The notes: a model not told the origin generated them from the sequence alone. Positions 1 to 11,969 are shown, counted from the stretch's first letter. The stretch: DNA of 64,000 nt from Eledone cirrhosa (GCA_964016885.1 OZ024757.1:8060001-8124000); one strand, 5' to 3'. A program made the numbers and translations.

Positions 1-100
1 TTCTCTAATTAGTTGTGTTAATATCCTTTCTGCCACTTTCATAACCCGATCCATCAGTTTTATACCCCTATAATTGCTCCTCTCCAGATCATCCCCTTTT
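1..100 (-). mobile_element. RTE LINE family B fragment (start of RT region), runs off window edge
   Basis: Reverse complement of the sequence at ~25170-25270 (KGDDLERSNYRGIKLMDRVMKVAE). Confidence 0.8.
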
Positions 101-140
<40 letters not shown>

Positions 141-163
141 CATATATTATATATGTATACATA

Positions 164-898
164 CAGGGTGCGGACGATAATTATTCGCAAGATTACTGTC
201 TAGGAAATAATAACACAGTAGTTTTGTTTTTTAAGATTTATTTATCAAACTTGGGTCAGTTTGTCTTCATGACTTGTTCTTTCAATCTCACTTGATAAAC
301 CTGCCATTGGCTTAGATGACGGCCTCGAAACCGGCTACAGGCCTTCGTCACTGTCCCCTGACTTAGGCCCCTAAAGGCACTTATGATCCTGGTCAACGAA
401 GTTCTCTGTCAGCCAGGCTTGGATCATTCGGCTGGTATGGCAGGGCGCTGAGTCTTGCTGCCATACCTACGGCCTACCTGCAGCTACCTGGTCCATCAAG
501 GGCTTTACTACCTCGCTCAGAATGCGAATGTAGCCATCGGTGTTCAGCTTGAGACCCTCAGGGAAGCAGTCAGGTGGCGTGACGATACCTAAGACCAATG
601 TTGTCGGTGGAAACTTTATCTGTATGACTCTGGGCACGTCTTTGGATGAGACAGCGAGCCACATGTTCTTCTGGGAGTTAACTTCTGGTCTTATTTGTCC
701 TCTCGGCGCAGATTCCAAGAAGAACTCCGTGTCTCTGCCACAAATTTGGAGGTTCAAAATTATTCATAATCAATTATTCTGAAAATAAATAATGGAAATA
801 TAGTCACTGTTTTTATGAGGACAAGAGTGACAACGGAGTAAAAAAAATTGGCATAAAATTAGCAGTTGAAAATTGCGACCAAATATCGTCCACACATG
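164..898 (-). mobile_element. Non-autonomous Tc1/mariner (DD37D/maT-like) element, with additional internal deletion
   Basis: Imperfect TIRs CAGGGTGCGGACGATA / TATCGTCCACACATG flanked by TA; transposase-like remnants (KFPPTTLVLG, GLKLNTDGYI); inverted copy of 24259-25117. Confidence 0.85.
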
Positions 899-971
899 TA
901 CATATATATATCATATATACATACATATATATATACATCTATATTTATATATATATACATATATATTTGCA

Positions 972-3420
972 ATATAGAGGAACAATGGGAATTCCTGAAA
1001 GCAAACTTGCTGATGGCAGCAGATGAAATCTGTGTCTGGAGCAGATCTATAGGCAGGAGGAGAGTAACATGGTGGTGGAACAGTAAGGGGGAGGAGTCAA
1101 TTAAGGCCAAAAAGCAGGCTTGGTAAGCATGGCGGGATGGGGGAAGTATAGAACACTATCTGGTGGCCAGGAGGGAAGCTAGGAGACAAGTGTACTTCGC
1201 AAGAAGGGAAGCAGAGGAAAGCAAGTTCAAGCATGTTCTACAACGCGAGGACCAAAAACGTGAGGTGTTCAGGATTGCTAGGCAATGTGTCAAGGAAAAC
1301 CGTGATATTTTCGGGGAGAAGTGTGTACTTAATGATGATGGCGTACTTGCCATCACTGACGCTGATAAGAAGGTAGCTTGGAAGTGTCACTACGAAAGGC
1401 TACTAAATGAGGAGAATAAATGGGAGAAAGACAGTTTCCCCCACATCGACCCAATAGAGGGAACAGCTACAAGCCTAGATAGGAGTAACAATAGAGGCAT
1501 TAAATTAATCGACCAGGTCATGAAGGTCACAGAAAAAGTAATAGTGCAACTAATCAGACAGAGAATTGATCTAGATGAAATGCAGTTTGGGTTTGTGTCT
1601 GGCAAAAGTACCACAGACGCTCTTTTCATTGTACGACAACTACAGAAGTACCTAGCTAAAAGTAAACCCCTATACTTAGGTTTTGTCGACTTGGAGAAAG
1701 CCTTCGACAGAGTTCCCCGTTCCATTATCTGGTGGGCTCTTAGAAAACTAGGTGTTGACGAATGGCTTGTGAGAGCTATACAAGCCATCTATAAAGAAAC
1801 AGTCAGCAAGGTTAGAATTAACAACGAATATAGTGAAGAGTTTAGCGTAAAAGCTGGTGTTCATCAGGGCTCTGTTCTTAGCCCCCTACTATTTATTATT
1901 GCCCTTCAGGCTATAACAGTGGAGTTCAAGACCGGCTGCCCATGGGAACGGCTATACGAAGATGATCTAACGCTCATAGCTGAATCAATGGCCGAGCTAG
2001 AGAAGAAATTCAAAACATGGAAGCACGGCCTAGAATCAAAAGGCCTTAAAATTAACCTGGCTAAGACTAAAGTTCTAGTTTGTAGGAAAGAAAATAAGGC
2101 GCCAGTCCCTTCCGAGAAATGGCCATGCTCAGTGTGTAGGAAAGGCGTAGGTAGAAACTCCATTTTATGTCCCAAATGCAAAATATGGGTGCATAAAAGA
2201 TGTAGTGGGATCACAGGTAAGCTAACTAAGAACATAGATTTTACATGTGGCCGGTGCTCTGGTGTAATAAGTAGCAGCAAGTTCCCACAAAATACTAGCT
2301 CTTTCAATTGCGCAGAGGGTTCTATAGAAATAGTGGACAGCTTCCGTTACCTGGGTGACAAAATCAGCAGTGGGGGAGGGTGCTCTGAAAGTACAGTTGC
2401 TAGAGTCAGAACTGGATGAAAAAAGTTCAGAGAGCTTATACCACTATTAGCCGCTAAAGGGTTCTCCCTAAAAATGAAAGGCAGGCTGTATGATGCCTGC
2501 ATACGAACAGCAATGTTGCATGGCAGTGAGACCTGGGCATTGTGTGCAGAGGATATACGCAGGCTAGAGAGGAACGAAGCTTGCATGCTCCGCTGGATGT
2601 GTAATAGTAATATACGCGAACGGCAAAGCATAAACGAACTAAGGGAAAAATTAGAAATAAGAGGGATCAGATGTTGTTTACTCGAGAGAAGGCTACGTTG
2701 GTATGGTCACGTGATGCGCATGAAAGACGACAGCTGTAAAATAAAGTGCAGGGCAATAAAGATAGACGGTAGCCACGGAATAGGCAGACCCAGAAAAACC
2801 TGGGACGAGCTGATAAATTCCGACCTCACACACTTACACCTCTCCAAGACAATGTCACTGGACCGAGATCTTTGCCGGTACACAGTAATAGAGAAGATCC
2901 GCCTTACCTAAGTACAAAGTAAAACGTACTACAGTCAGTAGGCATCTCTCACAAAATACACCCCCGTCCCACCCCACCCCACCCCATCCACACCGCCCCT
3001 TTCAATGTAAAGTTATGTTGGTGCCACAAAATCCAGGCCGAAACAAATGAGATCGTGTAGGTGTCACGACAAAAAAAAAAAAAAACACACAGTCCACGCT
3101 GTAAATGTGGCCGTGTAGGCAACACGGTAAAAACCTCCCAGCCCCACACTGTAAATGTGGTTGGTGTTAGGAAGGGCATCCAGCTGTAGAAAACCCGCCA
3201 GACAGTCCACGCTGTAATGTGGCTGTGTAGGCAACACGGTAAAAACCTCCCAGCCTCACACTGTAAATGTGGTTGGTGTTAGGAAGGGCATCCAACTGTA
3301 GAAAACCCGCCAGACAGTCCTATGCGAGCAAGACAACCACTCTTGCCTCAAGTGGGAAAAATCCCGTCCAAACCCATGCAAGCGTTGAACATGGACGTTA
3401 AACGATGATGATGATGATGA
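972..3420 (+). mobile_element. RTE-clade LINE family A, 5'-truncated, decayed RT with PHD-type insert, 3' UTR and (ATG)n tail
   Basis: ORFs 1163-2419 and 2474-2911 with FVDLEKAFDRV, GVHQGSVLSP, YEDD (YADD), FRYLG, RLRWYGHV, GRPRKTW; in-frame stops; internal deletion near 1470; ends GGACGTTAAACG(ATG)n. Confidence 0.92.
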
Positions 3421-3690
3421 TACATTATATATATTATACAGAATATATACACTATATATATATTATACAGAATATATACACTATATATATATTATACAGT
3501 ATATATACACTATATATATTATACAGTATATGTACACTATATATATATTATACAGTATATATACACTATATATATATTATACAGTATATATACACTATAT
3601 ATATATTATACAGTATATATACACTATATATATTATACAGTATATATATACAATATATATATTATAGAGAATATATACACTATATATATG
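3421..3690. repeat. ~25 bp AT-rich minisatellite (TATATACACTATATATATTATACAG)n
   Basis: Directly visible tandem units. Confidence 0.9.
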
Positions 3691-3691
3691 T

Positions 3692-3882
3692 CCAAGGGAA
3701 AGGCTATGGCCGATACAGCTTGGCACCAGTGACATTACAACTCATTTCTACAGCTGAGTAAACTGGAGCAACGTAAAATAAAGTGTCTTGCTCAAGGACA
3801 CAACACATCACATGGTCCGAGAATCAAACTCACCAACTTTTAATTGTAAGCCCAATGCTCTAACCACTAAGCCATGATACCT
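3692..3882 (-). mobile_element. tRNA-derived SINE
   Basis: Reverse strand: A-box TGGCTTAGTGGTTAGAGC, B-box-like GAGTTTGATTC, conserved core GTCCTTGAGCAAGACACTT. Confidence 0.8.
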
Positions 3883-4315
3883 TCCAGAACCAACCGTGAT
3901 ATAGAGAGACCATAAAGACAACCGTTGTTTTCATAGTTTAAGCCTTAAAATACCTCTCATACATGCTTTAAGTACATATAAACTCATTAAAACACACTTT
4001 TGTATTTAAACACCAAAAACAGCCAGTAACGATCGTATAGAAACTACCACCAACTATCATACCACTAGTTACCAATGAGGACTATTGCCAGCCACGGTAG
4101 CCACTTGGTAATACACTGCACATCTCCCGTCAATCTATGAAGGGTTTGTAGTAGATTAGAGCAAAACACAATCAGTAAAACAATAATGGAATGAAAAATA
4201 TAAACATTTGTTCATAATTAAAGCCTTAAGATGTCCCTTCCTTACGATATACACTTTAATAACTTTGAAACTTATTTAATAAGTTTAAATTTTAAACACT
4301 TTTTATTCAGACGTA

Positions 4316-4461
4316 CCGCGATAAGAAACTAGATATGTTCTAACGAATAATCCGCGATGTGGCGAGGATTACCGCGATAGGAAATTAGATACGTTCCAAA
4401 GACATATCCGCGATGTAACGGGACCGCGAAAAGTGAACCGCGATATAGCGGGGGATTACTG
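4316..4461 (-). mobile_element. pogo/Tigger-like DNA transposon terminal fragment
   Basis: TA|CAGTAATCCCCCGCTATATCGCGG end on the reverse strand, with repeated CCGCGAT subterminal motifs. Confidence 0.6.
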
Positions 4462-4517
4462 TATATATATACACACACAACATACATCTATCTATATACA
4501 CTGATAACATATATTTC

Positions 4518-5137
4518 GGCAGTGTCATGGTATTAGCTGTCAGAAGTGAAAGTAGAAAAAGGTGTCGTCATTCGTCAACCTTCTCAATCCTTTATTTCCG
4601 TATCACTATTCCCTTTATTTATGTTTAGGATTTTCTAAGAGATACGTTTACGATGAGATACACTTATTAAATAATATATGGGGACCAAATAACCCCGTAA
4701 TTTTCGAGAGAAACGATAATATACAATCTTATTTAACATGTGTATTAAAAACTACACTAGCTGTTACAATTGTAATTAACGTGTAAGAACTTAAATGAAA
4801 ATATAGGTGGCCCTTAAAAGGGCCGGTGTTGAACTTAAATTTGTTTTCTAATTTGATAACCATGACTTGTTTCAACACCGGCCCTTTTAAGGGCCACCTA
4901 TATTTTCATTTAAGTTCTTACACGTTAATTACAATTGTAAGAGCTAGTGTAGTTTTTAATGCACATGTTAAATAAGATTGTATATTATCGTTTCTGTCGA
5001 AAATTACGGGGTTATTTGGTACCCATAAATAAAATCATAAACGTAAATAAACGGAAGAGTGATACGGAAATAAAGGATTGAGAAGGTTGACGACTGATGT
5101 CACCTTCTTTCTGACAGCTAATACCACGACAGTGCCC
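4518..5137. mobile_element. Palindromic foldback/MITE-like element with a histone-type stem-loop in each arm (copy 1)
   Basis: Long inverted arms GGCAGTGTCATGGTATTAGCTGTCAG...CTGACAGCTAATACCACGACAGTGCCC around a ~40 bp spacer; second copy at 18766-19386. Confidence 0.85.
4880..4900 (+). promoter_or_regulatory. Histone 3' stem-loop-like motif GGCCCT-TTTA-AGGGCC-ACCTA (mirror copy on - strand at 4804-4824)
   Basis: Fits the GGYYYU-UYUH-ARRRCC-ACC consensus; no histone ORF nearby. Confidence 0.6.
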
Positions 5138-5493
5138 TTTATTTCGATATCTTACATTAAAATGTTGACTGAGGGTGTGGCAACTGTTTCTTGTTTGAGG
5201 TTGTTTCAGTGGTTAAAATATAGACGGAGGTAATTAAATAATAAAGACAGTCATGATAACAATATATTTTATATCACATGTAACAGTGGAATCTGATGAT
5301 TGAAAAATATCACATCAACATTTCAGTTTGGAAGTGTTTTTTCTATATATAAAAGTGGAGGAAGAAATATATTTTTCTAATGATGTTATATATATTTTCA
5401 CTTGTATATAATTACTGGATCGTTGTAGGGTTCACATAATTATATTATTTACACACATTAATATAGACATTAAGTAAATCTTTGTCAACTTAC

Positions 5494-5692
5494 CTCCTTC
5501 ACATATAATCAATGTGTTGTGTTGTTAGTTGTTACTAAACAACCAAAGAAATAATCTCTTTGTTATCAAATTAGAAGTTTCAATGTTATCAGCTTTATTT
5601 CACGACATTAACGTTGGTGTAACTTCTTCATCTTTAGTCATAAATTGATATCTTGTCAGAATGAAGTAGTGAGGCTGACTTTATGTCTTTAG
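5494..5692 (-). other. Putative non-coding (5' UTR-type) exon, copy 1 of 5
   Basis: TTTCCTGTCAAATCTGTAG acceptor and GAG|GTAAGT donor on - strand, retained in all five copies. Confidence 0.55.
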
Positions 5693-6277
5693 CTACAGAT
5701 TTGACAGGAAATATATATATATATTAGGTTGATATGTGGTCTAAAATATATATATTGTCTATAAATGACTGATAGCAGATGTTCTGGTGAAATAGTAGTT
5801 TTACTACTACAGATTGTAATGGAACTCTTAGTAGACACAATTGTAAAGTAAGAATAGATATGACAGTGTAAGACTGGTGTCGGGGAATTAAAATTGTGTA
5901 TATATACATATATATATAATTGTTACACAAGATATAATTAGATTAATTAAAGTTATAGTAAACAGCAAGTACACGGTGTCGTTGGAAATGATTTAACTCC
6001 CTTACCGGTGTCATACGATAACAGTCCCTGATATAATTTAATGTATTCAGACACACTTCCAATCGTATTTAATCCATGGCAAATCAAAAAGTATCACTCA
6101 GTAAAATATCAATTATATATCTACATAGTCTCTCACCCTGCTAGAAATAGCAGTAAAATTATCCATTACAGATTCTTCTTTAAACTCTTACGTTTAGTTA
6201 AACAATCAACACAGCAAGTCTTTTGTTCAGACTTCAGAATAAGCTCGAAAACCGCCAGAATATCATTCTTCTTCTTG

Positions 6278-6309
<32 letters not shown>

Positions 6310-6327
6310 GCACACACACCATATATA

Positions 6328-6405
6328 CAGGGAAATTCCGTTATAAAGAAATTCACGGAGTATAAAGATAATTCGTTGTAACGCAAATTCTTTATAACCG
6401 AATCA
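6328..6405 (+). mobile_element. pogo/Tigger-like terminal fragment (paralog at ~39112-39190)
   Basis: TA|CAG(G/T)GAAATTCCGTTATAA start with repeated CGTT(A/G)TAAC motifs. Confidence 0.45.
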
Positions 6406-7925
6406 AATCGTTTGTTTGTTGTTCAATTGTATTCTAGTTATGGTGTTTCACATGGAACCTTATATATATAACACAGAGAAGTATAAAGTCCAAGTGAAAA
6501 TATAAGACAACATATAATCTAATAAGAAGGTTAAAGAAAAGAAGGAAAAACAAGTGAAATGAAAGAGAAAGTTGAAAGGAAAAGTTAGAAAAGAATCATT
6601 GAAATAATTATTCTACAAAGTGTTCTGTCTCATTTAGAAAGTGTTTTCTATGTTGGCCAGCTAAAATCTTCCCTCACTCAATTGTATCAAGTTCATTAGT
6701 TAATCCTAACTTTCCTGTAAAAAATTACTGATTTCAACAACAACTTTTTGGCTAAAATCACTAACAATGACAAATATGTTTGTTTCGAGAGAAGGAGTGA
6801 AGACCTCTATGTGGTTACTTGACCTGTTGGATATAGCAGCCAAATTTCTTTCAGGTCACATACCTTCTTGAATTGGGAAGGGACTGTTTGGTGGGCTGCT
6901 TTAAGCCCCAGTTTAAAGTCTATAGGGAACTAAACGGGGGTTAGTTCCCTCATGAAATATATATCAGGATTGAGTATCCAAGTTTCATTTTGACATTTTA
7001 TTCGTAATCACGCGTAACACGTGTTTCGTGAATGTATTATATTTATTTCTCCTCCACTGTTTTTGATACATCTCAAAATTCTGTCTAGGCAGCCGTCGCT
7101 GCCGGACGGGTTTTTTTAGGGCTCCCCTTAAGTCAACATAAGCAACACATACAACCATGTGCGACTACCCACCAAAAACTAGAAATCAATCACTGAAATA
7201 TTGACTTAAATAGTCCTTACAAACCTAAGGTAACACATCAAAAAGCCTACTTAGCCTTACCAGGACGAAAGCTAGGACATTCCACAATTTATTACTCATC
7301 TGAACGTTATCTCCATAATTATGTGGTTGGTACCAGTAGATCTCTCAACAAGATTTCTACTGTTAACCTGGCTTCCACACACTGAAGCATTAACACTGCA
7401 GTAACTCAACCACCCTTACAACACGTCGGTTGTATTTACAAGTAAAAGAAAATAAAACACGGAAAAATTAATTCAAACACAAACAAAAAGAAAGATCTAT
7501 CGTCTTGCTTCTCCATATTTTTATTGAAGATTCTCATCCAACATCTGCTAACACAATAAGTTAGTTTCAGAAGCCCCAAGTTCGAGCAGTGATTCGGTAA
7601 TCTTGGTAAAGTTAAACCTACATAAGTAGATATAATTCAGATTAAGGGTCAGACCTGCTTTTATGAGGTGTAGTAAGAGACAACAATATATGGAAGGAGG
7701 AGAAGTGAGAGAGATATAAAGACAAAACTGTGTTAATTCTCTCTCCCCCTCTCTTCTTTTACTCTATCTACCTCTTATGTCTCCATTTCACTGTTTTATT
7801 GTCTTATTTCCTAATTCCACTTAATTCCATTAAATATTCAATCTTGGTCGAAATAAAGATTTTCATCTGTGACGATCTGTACAACCAATAATAGTAGGAG
7901 TCACGTTACATGATATGTATATATA

Positions 7926-8004
7926 CAGGGTGTCCCTAAAATATGTATACACATTTACATAGCCTATAGTTGAAGTGTGTATACATTTTGTGCGGGAGAC
8001 CCTG
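7926..8004. mobile_element. Tiny Tc1/mariner-type MITE (~80 bp)
   Basis: TA|CAGGGTGTCCC...ATGTATACACA..TGTGTATACAT...GGGAGACCCTG|TA inverted repeat. Confidence 0.75.
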
Positions 8005-8074
8005 TATATATTTTATATATACATATATATATTAAAAGGTGATTGATATATAAATATAAACATATATATATATA

Positions 8075-8318
8075 TTTCGTTTCTGAATTTGTTTAGCAAG
8101 ATTCTTTATCTGAAAACGTGTGTTGAAGCCGATATTGTTATACTTTGGGAGGGTCATGTTGCCAATAAGAAACACACGCACCAGTTGTTTCACTTCAATT
8201 TATTATAATAAATTTATAAATTTAGGAATTTATAAATTTCCGGTTGGTTGGTTCCACAACCAGATGACTGTTTATATATTGTCAAAGTTCTTTCGTCACA
8301 CATTCTGTGACCTCTTCA
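8075..8318 (-). mobile_element. Possible Penelope-like element remnant with degenerate hammerhead core
   Basis: Reverse strand TGAAGAG-GTCACA-gaatg-TGTGAC-GAAA at 8291-8318, embedded between TA tracts. Confidence 0.35.
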
Positions 8319-9176
8319 TATATGTATATTTATATATATTTATATACACTCATAATTATGTTTATATATTTATAAATATACATTTATATATATAAAGATA
8401 TATATTCTCTTACGTGTATACGTCTGAAAATGTATATATGTATGTAAACACATACCTAAACATACATCTATACATATAGATGGACAGTTATACATATACA
8501 ATAACTTATTTCTATACATATATATACCCCAAGTAAGGCATGGTGTTGCCAACTAACCAGACCTCCCTCATAATGGACCAGCTAGATCCCAAAATACAGG
8601 CCTGCTAGCCAACGCACAGTCCCAATAAGTGTAAGTTACAGCGCAGCTATCTGGACAGACTTGTCTTAAGACTACTCATTATCCCACTACATCTTTTGTG
8701 TACTATATATATACTGTATATATATACTGTTTATATATATATACACATATAATTGTGTATTCAAACATTATCCTAGTAATGAAATAATTAACAATTTTAG
8801 TAAATTGTTCAAAATTCTTCATTAACCCTTTTGGTAGGAACCCAGCCAAAATTGGTTCTCGTTCTATGGAAATGGTTCCTATCTAAATTAAAGTCTTCCA
8901 ACGAAATTCTATATAACAACCATATGTTATGTTACTATGTTAGTAATTAACTAACAATTGTGATAAATAGCTCAAAATTAGTCATAATTATTTGAAGTAC
9001 GAGGTTCATAATTATAATAAAATATTCGAACAGGCTACGAAGCCGGGAAACCTGAAAGGTACGCAACACACACATCGCTATAGCGTTTCACCAGCCAATT
9101 CCTTCCTCAATCATTACATAGATGCGTGTGTATGTAATAATTATTTTGTATTGTGTGTGTTTATGTATATGTATGA

Positions 9177-9510
9177 GTAGATGTGTAAACCCAGTAGATG
9201 TGTGTGTATGTAACTCAGTAGATGTGTGTGTATGTAACTTAGTAGATGTGCGTGTATGTAACACAGTAGACGTGTGTATGTAACACAGATGTGTGTGTAT
9301 GTAACACAGTAGATGTGTGTATGTAACATAGGAGATGTGTATATAACTCAGTAGATGTGTGTGTATGTAACTCAGTAGATATGTGTGTGTAACACAGTAG
9401 AAGTGTGTGTGTATATATAACACAGTAGTTGTGTGTGTATGTAACACAGTACATGTCTATGTAACACAGTAGATGTGTGTGTATATAACACAGTAGATGT
9501 GTATGTAACT
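9177..9510. repeat. ~22-24 bp minisatellite (AGTAGATGTGTGTGTATGTAACAC)n
   Basis: Tandem units; longer paralog at 17612-18480. Confidence 0.92.
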
Positions 9511-9974
9511 AAAGTGTAACGTACGTTACGAATGGACGACTAAATGATTTTAACTTGTTTTTTAGCAATTGATGGTGGAAAAGGGCCGCAACACAAGGAG
9601 TCTGACACTCTTACCGGCTACATAGTCTGGGAGTCTATTTTACCGGGACCGGCTACATAGCTTCTTCCTAAAATCTTCCAACATAATTTTATACAAGAAC
9701 CACATGTTAAGTTACTAATAAAATAATTAATAATTAAAAACTTTAGTAAATCCTTCCAATGATATCTCAGTAATGAAATAATTAATAATTGTTATAAATA
9801 CCTCAAAATTCCTCATTAATTAAACCCAAGACAGGTAAAAACTCCAGAGTCTTTCAGTCGGACATGAAACAAATTAATTTCTAATGGAAGAAAAGATTTT
9901 AAAGTTAGCCAAGGGAGATCACTCACAGCGACTTATTGTAATTCCGGTGTATTTTATGTGGTGGAAACCGTGTT

Positions 9975-10295
9975 TAGGCGGTGATAGCACGCATTACATG
10001 AACGTATGGTTCGTGAGTTCGAATCCCAGACGGGTGGTCTGTACGTTGAGGCCTTGAACAAGACACATTATTTCTCATTGTTTTATTTCACCCAACTGGA
10101 AAAATAATAAGTTGTACCAGTAATTATAGTGGAAACGTTGTTACATAGAATTGTCACACTGAATCTCCCTGAGAACAATGTCAACGGTATATGTGTCAAT
10201 GAAATACTCAGTCACATTATAATATAAGATGGGTTCTACATGTATTTCAAAGGGAAGCCATGTCATACATCTCGCTGAATCTCCCTGAGAACTCC
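9975..10295 (+). mobile_element. Old tRNA-derived SINE (paralog ~19605-19925)
   Basis: B-box GAGTTCGAATCCC followed by CCTTGAACAAGACAC core. Confidence 0.65.
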
Positions 10296-10304
10296 GTATA
10301 TACT

Positions 10305-10612
10305 AGTGACTATCAGACAGTGTATCTAGGACTACTTTATCTAATCTACAGTACAGTATTTAGTATTAGTGGCTATAAGACATAGTTTATCTAGGACTAC
10401 ATTATCTTATGTACAGTATAGAAATTAGTATTAATGGCTACCAGACATAGTGTACCTAGGACTACATTATCTAATGTACAGTATAGTGTCTATCAGACAT
10501 AGTGTACCTAGGACTACATTATATCATGTACAGTATAGTAGCTATCAGATATAGTGTATCTAGGACTACATTATCTAATGTTCAGTATAGCAGTTAGTAT
10601 TTGTGGCTATCA
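10305..10612. repeat. ~50-60 bp minisatellite (CTATCAGACATAGTGTATCTAGGACTACATTATCTAATGTACAGTA...)n; paralog 19935-20232
   Basis: Tandem units. Confidence 0.88.
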
Positions 10613-10648
10613 TTATTATAGACTTCAAGTAAATCTTTGACAACTTAC

Positions 10649-10846
10649 CTCCTTCACATATAATCGATGTGTTGTGTTGTTAGTTGTTACTAACCAAAGA
10701 AATAATCTCTTTGTTATCAAATTAGAAGTTTCAAAGATGTTATCAGCTATATTTCACGACATTAACGTTGGTGTCTCTTCTTCATCTTTAGTCATAAATT
10801 GATATCTTGGCAGAATGAAGTAGTGAGGCTGACTTTATGTCTTGAG
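10649..10846 (-). other. Putative non-coding exon, copy 2 of 5
   Basis: TGTAG acceptor and GAG|GTAAGT donor. Confidence 0.5.
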
Positions 10847-11058
10847 CTACACATTTCATAGGAAATATATATATATTAGGTTGATATGTGGTCTAAAATA
10901 TATATATTGTATATAAATGACTGATAGCAGATGTTCTGGTGAAATAGTAGTTTTACTACTACAGATTGTAATGGAACTCTTAGTAGACACAATTGTAAAG
11001 TAAGAATAGATATGACAGTGTAAGACTGATGTCGGGGAAATAAAATTGTGTGTGTGTG

Positions 11059-11111
<53 letters not shown>

Positions 11112-11388
11112 GTTACACAAGATATAATTAGATTAAGAAGACAGCAGGTACTCGATGTCGTTGGAAATGATTTAACTCCCTTACCGGTGTCATTAGTTAA
11201 AAGTCCCTGATATAATTTAATACATTCAGACAGTTCCAATTGTATTTAATCGATAGTAAATGAAAAGGTATCACTCAGTAAAATATCAATTATATATCGA
11301 CGCAGTGTCTCTGACTGCTAGAAATAACAGTGAAATTATCCATTACAGACTTTTCTTTCTTTAAACTCTTACGTTTAGTAGATGTTTG

Positions 11389-11920
11389 TGTTGAGAACGT
11401 GTGTAATTGTGTATTGTATCACGGAAGTCACCATTGAAGATGTTAAAAGCAATGTTGTGGAAAATAGCATCGTACGACTTTGTAATTGTTTATATATAAT
11501 TTATTGTCAGATTAGAAAGGTTAGAAGAATGTCTCTTGAGAGGATAGTTAATGTTATCAATAAAAAGGTTATAAAGATTTAAAGACGTACGGTCAACTGG
11601 CTGAGGCGTTAGCCAGACCTGTAGTGATATCTGTTGCTACATATTGTCTATGCTTGAGGAACGAAAGCAAGAGATGTTTACCTTCACGGTGTCGAGCTGC
11701 AAGAGGAGAGTATCGAATCTCTGCGGGAACTTTTCCCACTGGACAGAAGTCGAGATACATTTTCCTACGCTGGTAGCGATTGGCTGAACTGAGCCAAACA
11801 ACGCACAGAGAATGTATCCATGAGCCCTCGGAATGTAGGTCACTACATACCCCCTATTTAGTCGGCAAGACGATATATAAGATTGAATCAGCAGGAAAAA
11901 GGCTTAAGAAGAGGACATCA
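11389..11920 (+). mobile_element. Possible LTR plus PBS/leader remnant (copies ~20979-21510 and ~53239-53765)
   Basis: TGTTGAGAACGT...AATAAA...ACGTACGGTCAAC followed by TGG; replaces the sequence found after the same flank at 6197. Confidence 0.35.
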
Positions 11921-11921
11921 A

Positions 11922-11969
<48 letters not shown>

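Larger units (their letters stand above)
5215..7657. repeat. Segmental duplication block, paralogous to ~38035-40439
   Basis: Near-identical co-linear sequence. Confidence 0.9.
8385..11920. repeat. Direct segmental duplication, paralogous to ~16850-21510
   Basis: Co-linear near-identical sequence including two minisatellites, an old SINE and the putative exon. Confidence 0.9.

Noticed and set aside
1390-2631. Antisense ORFs over RTE copies (recurring throughout the window)
   Set aside because: Shadow frames of the RT coding strand, with no independent motifs
4800-4900. Histone gene upstream of the stem-loop
   Set aside because: No histone-like ORF on either strand; only ~50 bp separates the two mirrored motifs
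10856-11239. ORF MELSECIKLYQGLL (also 52730-53089)
   Set aside because: Runs through a variable (TA)n tract that changes frame between paralogs; no domain recognised
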